Shown: one piece after another, positions 63,857 through 64,000 of the stretch | Layout of the letters: each line of letters begins with the position of its first letter | Position numbering within the stretch: the stretch's first letter is position 1 | Assembly: GCA_034780895.1 (NCBI GenBank) | Contig: JAUZTB010000063.1 | Location: forward strand, 15,283,956 to 15,347,955 | Length of the DNA stretch: 64,000 nt | Direction of reading: 5' to 3' | Origin: Rhynchobatus australiae | Lineage: Eukaryota | The notes under the pieces: model-generated | Told to the model about the DNA's origin: nothing | Seen by the model: the letters and a program-made list of their open reading frames with translations, nothing else | The model's database searches: none | Made by a program: the position numbers and the translations under genes

Positions 63857-64000
63857 AAAATTGGCATCATCTCTGTGAAGAATGTGGTTAAGTACTGGCA
63901 GGCACCTATGATCCCCATGTAAATACTGGCACAGTCCCAGAATTGATGATTGTTAAATATTGGCACAGTCCCAGAGGAGATTCTCAACAAATACTGGCAT
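63857..64000. repeat. Degenerate tandem repeat of about 31-34 bp at the window edge
   Basis: AAATAYTGGCA recurs at about 63857, 63890, 63921, 63955 and 63989; two units share AAATAYTGGCACAGTCCCAGA. Confidence 0.65.

Noticed and set aside
13621-64000. Nested LRRC4, miR-129 or leptin, expected from mammalian synteny
   Set aside because: No long LRR ORF, miR-129 mature sequence or leptin-like exon was seen in this window.
63857-64000. CRISPR array
   Set aside because: Vertebrate DNA, short and degenerate repeats, spacers too short, and no cas genes.

Overview
Eukaryotic, vertebrate genomic DNA from a gapped draft assembly. The repeat content (HE1/V-SINEs, CR1 LINEs with HE1-type tails, DeuSINE/SacSINE1-like elements) points to a cartilaginous fish (shark or ray). 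The only gene identified with confidence is the 3' end of SND1 (Tudor-SN) on the + strand. It has four coding exons (5190-5303, 13417-13620, 58021-58065, 59224-59289), all with canonical AG/GT ends and phase-0 joins, and the supplied ORF track misses all four. The introns (8.1 kb, 44.4 kb, 1.16 kb) are filled with decayed, often nested retroelements: CR1, L2, Rex1/Babar, RTE, Penelope-derived palindromes, SINEs and one solo LTR. No intact transposon ORF, RNA gene or CRISPR array is present, and I found no convincing new multi-gene system. The best leads are: a V-SINE carrying a Rex/Babar-like tail instead of a CR1 tail; an SND1 splice acceptor that resembles the arm of a Penelope-derived palindrome; a possible convergent spliced gene at the right edge; a 55-nt intronic hairpin; and several short local duplications. 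Repeat family names come from recalled consensus motifs, and repeat boundaries are approximate unless stated.
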